NCBI RefSeq assembly: GCF_009914755.1
Contig: NC_060925.1
From: the human T2T-CHM13v2.0 reference genome, Homo sapiens
Strand: one strand, 5' to 3'
Length of the DNA stretch: 64,000 nucleotides
The notes beneath the pieces were generated by a model. It saw nothing but the letters and a program-made list of their open reading frames with translations, ran no database searches and was not told where the DNA came from. Shown one piece after another: positions 14,077-35,033 of this stretch; the stretch's first letter is position 1, and each line of letters begins with the position of its first letter. The translations under genes were made by a program, and so were the position numbers.

Positions 14077-16729
14077 TGATATGGTTTGGCTCTATGTCCC
14101 CACCCAAATCTCATCTTGAATTGTAATCCCCACGTGTTGAAGGAGGGACCTGGAGGGAGGTGATTGGATCATGGGGGCAGTTTTCCCCATGCTGTTCTCA
14201 TGATAGTTAGTGGTTTCTCACGAGCTCTGATAGTTAAAAAGTGTTCAGCAGTTCCCCCACTTGTTCGCTTTCTCTCCTGCTGCCACATAAGATGTGCCTT
14301 GCTTCCCCTTCACCTTGCGCTGTGATTGTAAGTTTCCTGAGGCCTCCCCAGCCACAAGGAACTGTCAGTCAATTAGACCTCTTTTCTTTATAAATTACCC
14401 AGTCTCAGGTGGTTCTTTATAGCAGTGTGAAAATGGACTAATATAGAAAACTGGTACCAGGAGGGGGGCATTGCTACAAAGATACCTGAAAATGTGGAAA
14501 CAACTTTGGAACTGGTTAATAGGCAGAGGTTGGAACAGTTTGGAGGGGTCAGAAGAAGACAGGAAGATGTCAGACAGTTTGGAACTTCTTAGAGAGTTGA
14601 ATGGTTTTGACCAAAATGCTGATAGAGATATGGACAATGAAGTCCAGGCTGAGGTGGTCTCAGATGGAGATGAGGAACTTATTGGGAACTGGAGCAAAGG
14701 TCACTCTACTGTGCTTTAGCAGAGAGACTGGTGGCATTTTGTCCCTGTCCTAGAGATCTGCAGAACTTTGAACTTGAGAGGGGTGATTTAGGGTGTCTGA
14801 CAGAAGCAACTTCTAAGCAACAAAGCATTCAAGATGGCTTTTTCTGAAAGCATATGGTCATATGCATTCACAGAGAGATGATGTGAAAGTGGGACTTATG
14901 TTTAAAAGGGAAGCAGAGCATAAAAGTTTGGACAATTTGCAGCCTGACCATGCAGTAGAAAAGAAAAACCCATTTTCTGGGGAGAAATTCAAGCCACAAG
15001 CTGCAGAAATTTGCATAAGTAATGAGAAGCCAAATGTTAATAGCCAAGACAATGGGGAGAATGTCTTGAGGGCATTTCAGAGATCTTTACAGTAGCCCCT
15101 CCCAGCATAGGCCCAGAGGCCTAAGAGGGAAAAATGGTTTCCTGGGCCCTGCTGTTCTGTGCAGCCTCGGGACATGGTGCCCTGTGTCCCAGGCACTCCA
15201 GCTCCAGCCATGGCTAAAAGGGGCCAAGGCACAGCTCTGGCCATTGCTTCAGAGGGTGCAAGCCCCAAGCATTGGAGGCTTCCCCATGGTGTTGGGCATG
15301 CAGGTGTGCAGAAAACAAGAGTTGAGGTTTGAAAACCTCGTCCGGCCGGGTGCGGTGGCTCACGCCTGTAATCCCAGCACTTTGGGAGGCCAAGGCGGGT
15401 GGATCACAAGGTCAGGAGATCGAGACCATCCTGGCTAACATGGTGAAACCCTGTCTGTATTAAAAATACAAAAAAAATTAGCCGGGTGTGGTGGCGTGCA
15501 CCTGTGTCCCAGCTGCTGGGGAGGCTGAGGCAGGAGAATAGCGTGAACCCAGGAGGCAGAGCTTGCAGTGAGCCAAGATAGCACCACTGCACTCCAGTCT
15601 GGGTGACAGAGCAAGACTCCATTTCAAAAAAAAAAAAAAAAAAAAAGAGACAACCTCCTCCTACATTTCAGAGGCTATATGGAAACACCTGGATGTCCAG
15701 GCAGAAGTCTGCTGCAGGGGTGAAGCCCTCATGGAGATCCTCTACTAGGGCAATGCAGATGGGAAATATGGGGTTAGAGCCCCCACACAGAGTTCCCAAT
15801 GGGGAGCCTAGTGGAACTGTGAGAAGAGGGCCACTGCCCTTCAGACCCCAGAATGGTAGATCCACCGACAGTTTGCACCATGTGCCTGGAAAAGCCACAG
15901 GCATTCAATGCCAGCCTGTAAAAGCAACCATGGGGCTGTACTCTGCAGAGCCACAGGGGCAGGGCTACCAAAGGCCTTGGGAGCCCACTTCTTACATCAG
16001 CATGCCCTGGATGTGAGACATGGAGTCAAAGATTATTTTGAAGCTTTAAGATTTAATGGCTGCCCTGCTGGATTTCAGGCTTGCGTGGGGCCTGTAGCCC
16101 CTCTGTTTTGGCCAATTTCTCCCTTTTGGAATGGGAGCATTTACCCAATGCTTGTAACACCAGTGTATCTTGAAAATAACTAATTGGTTTTTGATTTTAC
16201 AGACTCATAGGCAGAAGGAACTTGCCTTTACTCAGATGAGACTTTGGCTTGTAATTTTGAGTTAATGCTGGAATGAGTTAAGACTCTGGGGCACTGTTGG
16301 GAAGACATGGTTGTGTTTTGAAATGTTAGAAGTACATGAAATTTGGGAGAGGCCAGGGCAGAATGATGTGGTTTGGCTCTGTGTCTCCAACCAAATCTGA
16401 TCTTGAATTGTAATAATCCCCAAGTGTCAAGGGAGGGACCTAGTGGGAGGTGATTGGACCATGGGGTAGTTTCCCCCATGCTTTTCTTGTGATAGTGAGT
16501 TCTCATGAGATCTGATGGTTTAAAAGTGTTTGGCAGTTCCTACTCCTTGCTTGTTCTCTCTCCTGCTGCTGTGTAAGATGTGCCTTGCTTCCCCTTTGCC
16601 TTCCACCATGATTGTAAGTTTCCTAAGGCCTTCCCAGCCATGCGGAACTAAGTCAGTTAAGCTTCTCTTCTTTATAAATTATCCAGTCTCAGGTAGTTCT
16701 TTATAGCAGTGTGAAAACAGACTAATACA
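14077..16729 (+). mobile_element. Full-length THE1 (THE1D-like) MaLR: 5'LTR 14077-14445, internal, 3'LTR 16364-16729
   Basis: paired LTRs tgat(a/g)tggtttggctct...ctaat(a)(t/c)a, purine tract before 3'LTR, 5-bp TSD GTGAT (14072-14076 and 16730-16734). Confidence 0.93.
15344..15646 (+). mobile_element. Alu (AluY/Sc-like) nested in THE1 internal region
   Basis: gagatcgagaccatcctggctaac diagnostic; TSD ga(a/c)aacctc(g/c)tcc. Confidence 0.93.
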
Positions 16730-16884
16730 GTGATCCAGCTAAACTGCTTCCCTGGGTTGCCCCTAATGGTAGTGTAGTTGGGTTAGCTTCCCTAGGGAGG
16801 CTTTTCCAGTAAACTGCCAAAAGGTTGCTAGTGTTGTAGAAGGCAGGGTAAGTAAGGGAAGAAGGTTTGAGATCTCAACTGTGA

Positions 16885-17202
<318 letters not shown>

Positions 17203-18239
17203 CCCCAGTTTTATTATCTCCAGAGAGTAAAACTTAAGTCTTCTACAGGAGTGAGGAGGGAATCTCAGGTTGTGGTAGTGGTGATATAATTGAATAGTCC
17301 TTCAACCAGATGTATCTAGGTTGCCAATTACTGAGCCCTCTGGGGGTTCTGCTGTGCAAATCATATGATTTCTTGGCTTTCTCTCCTGCCAATTTAGGAT
17401 TGGCTTTCTTGAGTCTGCTTTAGTCATTACCAGTTGCATAAGTGCTTTCCAGCTTCCAGTATTTGTTTTCTCGTCTCCCATTCTCTTGGCCTGACTGGTT
17501 TATGTCTCTTTGAAATTCTTTTGCTAAAGGGGGGTCAGAGGCATGAATTTATGTCTTCTTTCATCAAATATATCTTATCCACCAGTACTTTTCTCTCACC
17601 ATTTTAGTGCATTGCGTTATGTTTTAATTATTTGCCTCCTTCACCAGAGTTTTTCAGAATCAAAGACCATGTCCTATTCCTCTCTAAATCCCCTGGACCA
17701 AGGCCTGGCACAGCACTGATTCTCAAGGGATGGAATGAGTGGATGGACCAACAAATGAGTAACAGAGAAATCTGCATCTATTAATCCTTTTCCCAGTGCT
17801 ATACATATGAACATTATTTGCCTGAATGATAGTCCTTATTTATAGAGTTTATTCATGTTTACTAATCCCAGCAGGAACTTTCCCTGACATATTTTCTGAT
17901 AAAATATTGCTTCTGGAATTTTTACAGGTAAAACATCTATAGGAACTCAGAGGGCTAGTCTGAGTGATCCATGCACTGATATTTATAATAGCTTTTTTAG
18001 TACTTTCTAAACAGGGAGTGTACAAATGTACACTGTACATAGAAGGACAATGAAGACGTTCCCCCCTTATCGGGGAGCAATCAAGTATGATTGTTGCCCC
18101 TGAAAGGAGATGAAGCAAGAGAAACCTAAAGAGATGGGGTGGGAATTAACTATTCTGTTCCAGCATGAATGCAAGTGGAGTGTTACCATATTTTATTCCT
18201 TTAAACCAAGAAAGGAAACAGAAGAGGAAGAAAAAGCAA

Positions 18240-19310
<1,071 letters not shown>

Positions 19311-19423
19311 TTGCAGAGCAAAAACATTCAGGGAATTCTTCTCTCTGGAGGTTGATGCCATTTCCTTTGTCTATGCTTGAATTTTTTTTCTTCTTCAAAT
19401 TTTATTTTTAGGGACAGCATTAA

Positions 19424-20935
<1,512 letters not shown>

Positions 20936-21031
20936 TAGGGATCAGAATGTTCTTGCCTCCTAAGCAGGGGTGGGGAAATGCATGTGTCTTTGTCCTCATT
21001 TAAGGTCACTTTCAGCTGTGACGCATTAATT

Positions 21032-21933
<902 letters not shown>

Positions 21934-22554
21934 CCTTTTTCTATTACTGATTGGTTATCAGACTCACTTTTGAAAATTTAGGATTTCTAAACTTACGGCC
22001 CCACTAGCTTCACCTCAGTTGTAATGTGTCTGCTCTCTGTAAACAGGTTATCTCAGAAGCTCTTCTCAATTGTCATCCGTCATTACCTTTTTTTGATAAA
22101 ATTCAAGACCTGGAAAGGACCTGGAGGGTCATAGTTGTCCTTTCATGTTGCTATGAAGTGCTGGAAGTGAAAGGGACCTCCAAGACATTCTAATCTTCTC
22201 TTCCTCCATTTTATAGGGAGAAAACCAAGCCACTGGCCCCGTTACACAGCAAGTTAGTAGTAAGACTGAGATTCGAACCCTGGTCAAACAGACTTTCCAT
22301 TTTGTTCCACTGACTCAGTCTTCTCTTTTACACTTGAATCAGACTTTTAGTTTTATTGTAGTTTTTGAGTCCATAGCTGTCTTCCTGTACTGTCTTGACT
22401 CTTTGACTAAACTGATTTCACATCTTTAAAATTATGCTTTCCTTTTAGGCTCATTTTTAGCTCAGCTGTTGACAGCTATTTTTAAATGTAACATGACATA
22501 ATATATTTCCTAAATAATTTAAAATAATCTAGCTTGAGCTGCTCTGAAGGTTAG

Positions 22555-23421
<867 letters not shown>

Positions 23422-23592
23422 CTAATCATAAGCTGCCTAGGCAGCCAGCTACAGGCTTGAGCTTTAAATTCATGGTTTTAAAGCTAAACGTAATTTCCAC
23501 TTGGGACTAGATCACAACTGAAGATAACAAGAGATTTAAGTTTTAAGGGCATTTAATCAGGAGGAAAGGTTTGGAAAACTAACTCAGGTGTA

Positions 23593-23598
23593 TTTATT
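23593..23598 (-). terminator. Candidate distal CZIB poly(A) signal AATAAA
   Basis: TTTATT on + strand. Confidence 0.6.
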
Positions 23599-23609
23599 GT
23601 TTAAGCAGA

Positions 23610-23615
23610 AATAAA
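23610..23615 (+). terminator. CPT2 poly(A) signal AATAAA
   Basis: first canonical hexamer after the stop, followed by a T-rich tract. Confidence 0.8.
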
Positions 23616-23926
23616 GTTTAATTTTTGCTTGAAGATGGTTCCTAATTTCTTTTAACCTAATTCCTAATCCTCACAAAGATCTTTCCAACAGCAAGTTCAG
23701 TAAGTTCAGGTAACAGTACGTCACCATTGGCTTCTGGCTCATTGAGTGATGGTGGGATCGCGGTTTCATCTCTGTAAACTTGCCCTTGACTGGGGAGATA
23801 CCATCTCCTTAAAAATACTCTTCATTTTCCTAAGGAGTGAACTGCTGCTGCACAAATTCTTATTTGTGGAGGGAGTAGCTGCCTCCTTACTTCACCTTCA
23901 TGCACCAGTGCAGCGTGAACAGGGGC

Positions 23927-23932
23927 TTTATT
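23927..23932 (-). terminator. Candidate proximal CZIB poly(A) signal AATAAA
   Basis: TTTATT on + strand, ~165 nt after the CZIB stop. Confidence 0.65.
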
Positions 23933-24094
23933 GATGGGGCTTGGGAAGCTGTAATAAAGTCCAGCATGCAGATTGTGAAGGTTTCGTATAGCCACCAGGA
24001 GACAAGGGTCAAAGGAACGAGCCTCTGTGGGCTCTGCTGCTTAGAGTACTTTGTCCTTTCTCAGTTCTTAAGGGCAACTGGGAAGGAAGAGGGA

Positions 24095-24172
24095 TCAGCA
24101 CTTCACAAACTGGTGGGTGACCTCATAGATTCCCACAGACTCCTGGGCCTTTTCATCATAGTCAGTCCAGTC
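24095..24172 (-). CDS. CZIB: CZIB exon 8 (stop TGA)
   Basis: DWTDYDEKAQESVGIYEVTHQFVKC*; total CDS 483 nt = 160 aa. Confidence 0.97.
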   Translation of the reverse strand, partial: DWTDYDEKAQESVGIYEVTHQFVKC

Positions 24173-24493
24173 CTGGGAAACAAAATGGCATTGTTAGCCT
24201 CACAACGCAGAATGCAGCCATGTGGAGAGCAGAAAACTGGGACTTAAAAGGCCCAGCTCAGGCTCTGACTCAAATAATCATGAACATGTATGACCCTGAA
24301 CAGAGCCAGATAGCTCAGGCCTGAATTCTAGCTCTTTCAGTTGTATGACTGTGGGCAAATCACTTAACTTCTCTGAGTCCCTTCTCCGAGTCCTGTCTTC
24401 TATTTAAAAAAAACAAAAACAAAAAAAGGACAATGGAGTTCATATTGAATGTTGAAAGAATCAAATGAGGTAACACATTTAAAAGCACTCAGC

Positions 24494-24797
<304 letters not shown>

Positions 24798-24954
24798 AGC
24801 ACTCAGCATAGTGAGTGCCTGGCACATGTAAGAGCTCAGTAGATGCTAGCTGCTGTTATTAGGTGCTGAGCAAATGAAATGAAGTTTTTGTCCTTCCTTC
24901 AAGGCTTGAGCACAAGGCTTTTCTATCTGCAGGGTAGTAATATGTCCAGTAATA

Positions 24955-25335
24955 CAGACTATTTCTTGTTCTTCATGGTAGTTAGGTGCAGTAAAGCCAC
25001 CACAAACACTGAATTAGGGAATACTGAATGAATACTCCCCGGGGAAATACAGGGTTAGGTTCCTATGAGCCTCTGGTCACATTTTCATCAACCAATCAAT
25101 AATCTAGCTTTATGTGTTTCTGTTTAAAGATAACTTATTTAATATATATTGTTGATTCATGAACTCACAGCCAGCAGCACTATAGCTCATGCCTGAATAA
25201 AGCTTATCTAACACGTATTCTCTCTGTAAGGGGCATCATAGCTTTCTCATACGTAGGAACATTAGAAAGCACTTTAGCACTATACCTGTGGCCATTTCAA
25301 CAGCAAAATCACTAACAAAAAGCACAAAAATACAG
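24955..25335 (+). mobile_element. MER82-like (TcMar-Tigger) DNA transposon fragment
   Basis: ggggaaatacagggttaggttcct...gcctctggtcac...acagcaaaatcactaacaaaaagcacaaaaat matches MER82 as recalled. Confidence 0.75.
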
Positions 25336-25426
25336 AGTTGGCTTTCCATTGATGAGCCTTGTCCACCAAAAAAATAATTCCCACCAGGTGCCCTACAGTA
25401 CCTCCCAAAGCCCCCAAGTCTCATAC

Positions 25427-25492
25427 CTTCTCCTGCAGATTAATGTCACTGAAGGCTGTCCCTGACTCCACACCTTCAGCAGCAAACCCAGC
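25427..25492 (-). CDS. CZIB: CZIB exon 7
   Basis: AGFAAEGVESGTAFSDINLQEK; 66 nt; AG/GT. Confidence 0.97.
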
Positions 25493-26217
25493 CTGCAGGG
25501 CACAAGAAGGTACCAGTTAGTCTTGGCAAAAGAAGGCATTGGGCTATAAGTAAGGGCCGGCCAGGCTGCTGGCTCTTCTCACACTTCTGGGATGGAGGAC
25601 AGAGATGCAGTATGAGTACCTGTCTTGGAATAACTGCTGAGCTTCCAGGACCCGGCAGCTGCCTCAGAACTAGAGTGGTGGTTTCTCTGAATTACAGCCT
25701 TGGACCAGAAGGCAGCAGGGGCAGCGTAATCCCTTCCACTAGCCCTGGTTTGCTGAAGGCTCCTGGGCATGTCATTTCCCAGGTTGGACCTTAGTTATTG
25801 ATAAAACGGGGATGAAGTATTTGCTCTTCTGCCTACCTCACAGATTTGTTGTGAGGTGAAACATGCACACATAAAGGGGGATGAGCACCAGCTCAAGTCA
25901 GATAGATCTGGGTTGAAACTATAGCTCCACTGCTTACTGTGTGACCCTGAGCAAGTTGCAAAATCTCTTCAGTTCCTTCCTCATCTGAAGAACAGGATGA
26001 ATAAATTCATAGGGTTACCATAAGAATTAAATGTGGTAACATGTAAAAATGATGGCATGGGTGCCCAAGCATACAGCAGCCACTTAAGGGACAATTATTA
26101 CTACCGCTAGAAAGGAGAATGTCTAGTCCATGGTATCTGTAGGTAGCACAGTTCTGGCTGTCACTTCATACATCCCCTCCCCAAAGACAAAGATTCCCCA
26201 GAAAGATACACACACAC

Positions 26218-26295
26218 CTGCGGCTGGAAATCAACTGGTTCAAGGCCCCGGCACTCAAACTCCACTATTGTCTTGAAGTTCTCATTGTCTTCAGC
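26218..26295 (-). CDS. CZIB: CZIB exon 6
   Basis: AEDNENFKTIVEFECRGLEPVDFQPQ; 78 nt; AG/GT. Confidence 0.97.
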
Positions 26296-27607
26296 CTAGA
26301 AAGGAAGTGTGTTGAGGAGGCAGGCCCAAATGAGCTCTCAGGATGACCCCATGGCCCCTCTCCTTCCTGCCAAATGGGCACTTACTGCCCCTGGAGGCCT
26401 AGTATGAGACCCAGGAAGAACTCATCCCCTTCTTAGAGGAAGCCTGCCTTGGGCACCTGCTCCCTATGAAGCTTTCTGTAGACAGCAGACATGGAGGCTG
26501 CAGAAGAGCGTGGATGCTGGGGTCAACCTGCCTGGATGTAAGGTAAGCTCTGCCTATCTTCCCCTCTGGGCCCAAGATTCCTAAACTGTCAAATAGAGCC
26601 GAGGAAACCTCTACAATTTTACTGTCAGATTTTGAAATGCATATAAAGTGCCCAGCACAGTGCTCAATAAATAGTAAATAAAATTATCAACACCAAAAAT
26701 ATGAACAAGAATGTTAAGCTCCAAAGTCTCTAGATCATCCAAACAGACCCAGTACACTTAACCATAGCCTTTTGCTGACCATCTGCCATGCAGTAAGGGC
26801 AGAGGGCTGTCTTATAGCCTTTGAAATGGTTATGTATGTGGAGGGGGCACCTCTTGGGGGGCAGGTGGCCAGGAAATTCATGCCTACCTGACCTATGGGC
26901 TTAGGGACCACAAGTGCCATGCCCTACATTCAGTCTCATCCTGTCATTCACTGTAAAGTAATTTCCTGCACACTGACCACATCTCTGGCACTGGTAAGGC
27001 ACTTCTCTGTTAGGGCCCTAGTTCGATTCTTGTTTTTTGTATTTTCCACTAGATTATTATGTACGTGAAGGCGAGTCCTCATTTAATTTCTCTTTAACTT
27101 CAGGACAAAGCCAAGAATTTGGCACAACTCAAGATACTTTAAATAAATACCAAATAAGGAATAGGTGAATACATATAACTGGCTTTCTTTAAACAAACAG
27201 ATCCAAAGCACACCCTCCCTCACCTTTGGGCTAACTTGTTAACACTGATGATATAAAGGATGGGATGCACCAAACGACTACCCCACCCATGGTTTCAGAG
27301 AAAGCTTGCTAGTCCCCTAAAATGAAGACAAGGCAAGTGCTCTCAGTGATGCAAACTGAACAGCTAGGTTGTGTCAGAGGTCCCCTGAGCTCTCACAGCC
27401 CAGCCCTCATAAGAAGGCACTGCAAGAGGCAATATACCAAGCACTCAGTGTACAGTGGATAAATGACTGAGTCAAAGAAGAACTAAGTTCATGAGTGAAT
27501 GTCCTATGGCAGGTCACTCTGATGCAGGCATGACTCTAGAACCCAGACCTACTAACTCCAGTTAGGATTTAAGCCCACCATCCCTGCCACTACAGCAGCA
27601 AACTTAC

Positions 27608-27639
27608 ATTGTAAGGCTTGATGGTGCTGCTTAAAATCT
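27608..27639 (-). CDS. CZIB: CZIB exon 5
   Basis: (E)ILSSTIKPYN; 32 nt; AG/GTAAG. Confidence 0.96.
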
Positions 27640-27849
27640 CTGAAATAGAAAAGAGAACACAAAGTTGACTTGAGTCCATACCCTGGCCCCAGCCAGGTGC
27701 CCACATGTGGCCCTGAAAAAGATCACGCTGTACAGGTGTCGGCATCTTAGGCCTGACTCCACCCTCAGGTAACATGAGTCTACTTTCAGCCTGGTGCCAG
27801 GAAGCTGTGGGCCACCCTGGCAGAACTCAGTACGCACAGCCTGACCTAC

Positions 27850-27931
27850 CGATGGAATTTTCTCTTGCACACAGCTTGCACTTCTGGACCATGGAAGCAC
27901 TGCCACGGCCCCCCTTCAGTGCCACACTGTC
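27850..27931 (-). CDS. CZIB: CZIB exon 4 (second CXXC, CKLC)
   Basis: DSVALKGGRGSASMVQKCKLCARENSI; 82 nt. Confidence 0.97.
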
Positions 27932-28302
27932 CTGGCAAAAAGCAAACAGAACTTTCAGTCACATATGAATTAGATGTACAGTCCTGAGGAGATCGAGCCC
28001 ACCATTTATTGTCCACTTAAAGAGACCAAGACCCAGAAAGGGTAACTTACTAGGACAAGACTCCTGGGAAGGCTTCCTGAGGAAAATGAAAAAAGGGCTT
28101 CCCCTTGATTTTGAACTCTGCCTCATACCTCAAAGATGCCTATTGAATCCAGTGCTGATCACACTGACACCTACCCTCCCAAACCACAAAAAGCAGGGAG
28201 CAAAGAACTGGAGAGATGAAGGCCAGTTTCCCCAAATCCCTGCCCAGAAGTGTATGTGTGTTTGTGAGTGTTTATGTTGGGGGTTGGGGGGGGAACAGTT
28301 AC

Positions 28303-28359
28303 CATCAGCCGGATGTACTGCCACTTGTCCGAAATCTCACCACAGTTGCCACATTTCAT
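28303..28359 (-). CDS. CZIB: CZIB exon 3 (first CXXC, CGNC)
   Basis: MKCGNCGEISDKWQYIRLM; 57 nt. Confidence 0.97.
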
Positions 28360-28639
28360 CTTTGGGGAAAAAGAATGTTAGTAAAGCAGCTGGCTCTGCT
28401 GCACAGACACCAAGGAAAGGGTAAGAACAGTGGGAGGTGGGCAGGCTCATGATCTACCTTCTTGATGGCAATCTCACTTCATCCCTAACACCTGCCCCAA
28501 CAAGGACAAAACTAGAACTATCTCTGGGCAAAGGATAGGTAAGGCTGTTTCCTATGCCGGCGTGCCCACCCTCCTCTATGAAGTGCTCAGTGTGGCCGGG
28601 GATTCAAGGCACCTGTGGTGCAGAAATGGTTTCAGCGGA

Positions 28640-28925
28640 GGTGAGGGGGGGGAATATGGAGAGATTTGTTAGAAGATACAAAATTACGGCTATATGGGAG
28701 GAATAAGTTCTAGTGTTCTATAGCACTGTAGGATGACTATAGCTGACAATAATATATAGTTTCAAATAGCTAGGATATTAAATGCTCCCAACACAAAGAA
28801 ATGATACACGTTTGAGGTGAATATGCTAACTACCTTGATCTGATCACAATACATTACATTTATCGGAACATCACTATATACCCCATAAATATGTACAATT
28901 CTGTGTCAATTAAGAAAAAAAAAGA
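28640..28925 (+). mobile_element. L1MA-type 3' end
   Basis: ggaggaataagttctagtgttctatagcactgtaggatgactatag...aaatatgtacaatt plus A-tail. Confidence 0.85.
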
Positions 28926-29696
28926 GAAATGGCCTCAGCAGGCCCCCGACCCACTCTGCTTGGTTAGCTTTATGTTCCCACAGGCCCTGTATGTCACTGG
29001 TATAAGCACTTATCACTCTATTGTTACTCTATTTTTCTGTCTCCTTCACTCGATTCCGCTTCTTCAAGCCAAAGAACAGATTCTCCCAAGTAAGCCCTGG
29101 TATTCAGGCTTCAAAATCCTGGGAAACAAAAGTAGTCCGGAGGCAGCTTCCCGAAAAACAGGGCTTTTGAGAGGTACAGAAGGATGCTGGGATTTTTGAC
29201 CAGGAGTAAAACAGAGCAGAAGCTCTGGGATCTGGAAGAGTGAAGAGCCTCGAACTGCTGGGGAAGGGGAGGCCTCTGTAGACCATGCCACTAGGGTACC
29301 AGCTTTACCAGTGTGGGAGGGCTAAGGAAGGGTGGATTACGCACAAAATTAAACTATTTCACAATAAAGAAAACCAAATCAATAAACGAAAGGCGAACTA
29401 TTCACCTTATTAAATAATCACAAGCGTCCCTTCAAGTAGCATTTCGTTTAGTGTCCATTTACAGACCACGAAATATTTAACACAGGGAAGAACTACAAAA
29501 TGAAGCTTTCCAAGACTGCCAATTAGAGATAAACCAATACACTTTAATAGAAAGCAAACGTAAAATTCTAACTAGGAAAACCCCGAACACTTAATGTGCC
29601 TGGTTAAATATTTTCTCATACTGCCGGAGAGAAGGCTCCGGTTCAGCACTGAGATCAGGACGGGCCTCCTCTCCCCGGGCCCCGCCCCGGCCGCAC

Positions 29697-29780
29697 CTTC
29701 AGGTACCACCGGAAGTCCTCGCCCACGGGCCGGAGGTTGGTGATGTTCTCCAGCGTGGCTTTGAGTTGCAGCGCGATTTT
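29697..29780 (-). CDS. CZIB: CZIB exon 2
   Basis: KIALQLKATLENITNLRPVGEDFRWYLK; 84 nt; AG/GT. Confidence 0.97.
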
Positions 29781-30005
29781 CTGAGGGGGAGGGCCAGAGC
29801 GACTGCGTCAGCCGTGCCTGCGCAGCCCCACGCCTGCCCGACCCTCCCGCATTCCCAGCCGTGGGTGCCACAGGGAGACACTCCTTCTGCCTCCTGCTCC
29901 TTCAGCGCGCACCCACTCGCTTCATCTCCTCCTGGCGCGAGCTGTTGCCTCCCAGACCCTCGCCACCTCCCCTCCGTGTCCCCGCGGCGGGCGGCCTCCC
30001 CTCAC

Positions 30006-30011
30006 CCCCAT
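30006..30011 (-). CDS. CZIB: CZIB exon 1 coding part (Met-Gly); CXXC zinc-binding protein, DUF866
   Basis: ACC-ATG-GGG|GTGAG: strong Kozak, then donor. Confidence 0.95.
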
Positions 30012-30765
30012 GGTAGCCCTCTCCGCCCGGTGCTGGCTGCGGCCCTTGCCGTTGCTTTCCGGCGCGTCGTAAAAGGCGGGTGCCGTCTGCGCACCCTCAG
30101 TAGGGCGGGGCCGGGGCCGGGCCGCGGGGCAGGGACTTCTGCGCGCGGCTGCTCGCCTGGCCCACTGGGCTTTTCGCATCTGGGGATCTGGGGCCAGTGG
30201 AGGTCAGCCAGGTCCGCGAGCAACCTGTGCTCAGGCCAGCGGAAGCCTGACTCCAGGATTCGGTGGTGCCACAGACAGTTACTGAACGCCAATTTTGTGC
30301 CTGCTTTAAGCGAACAGGACAGTTCCTGACCCTCAGTTCTTTCCAGGCTCTTCACTACTCTGCCTGCCCTGGAACTTCTCAGATCACGTCAGCTCCCTCT
30401 GCCCAGGGGAAAAGCTACAAAAGGAAGAGTTCCAAGACTGCCAAATAAAGATAAACCAATACGCTTTAAAAAGTAGAATGTATTGGTTTATCAGATTTGG
30501 GGATGATGCCTTTCTTCAAACTGCCCTTTCCTGTTTCACCCAAGAGACCTGGTTTCTAGGCCCTTCTCCAGAGTTTGCCCTGTGTCCACATCCTTCTCAC
30601 TGTGGTCCTTGCGACTGGACATTCCCCTTCAGCTGGCTCTTTTTTGGGAGCCCACCTGGCTTATCCTTCTCTCATAACGTTTATTGAACTTTATTTTACC
30701 TGGCCTCCTGTCCAGGCTACATCTGAGACCATGCAGGAGCTGTGGAGATTAACGGTAAAAGGAAC

Positions 30766-35033
<4,268 letters not shown>

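Larger units (their letters stand above)
29620..30270 (-). promoter_or_regulatory. CZIB CpG-island promoter
   Basis: CpG/GC rich; GC boxes at ~30102-30130. Confidence 0.88.

Noticed and set aside
18072-18100. Small hairpin ggggagcaatca-agta-tgattgttgcccc in CPT2 intron 3
   Set aside because: Too short for a pre-miRNA, no snoRNA boxes, compatible with chance
30006-30011. N-myristoylation implied by the CZIB Met-Gly exon
   Set aside because: MGKIAL lacks the favoured Ser/Thr at position 6; unsupported
29572-30355. Long GC-rich ORFs at the CZIB promoter (similar ones at the CPT2 and MAGOH islands)
   Set aside because: CpG islands are stop-poor; low-complexity Ala/Arg/Pro/Gly translations
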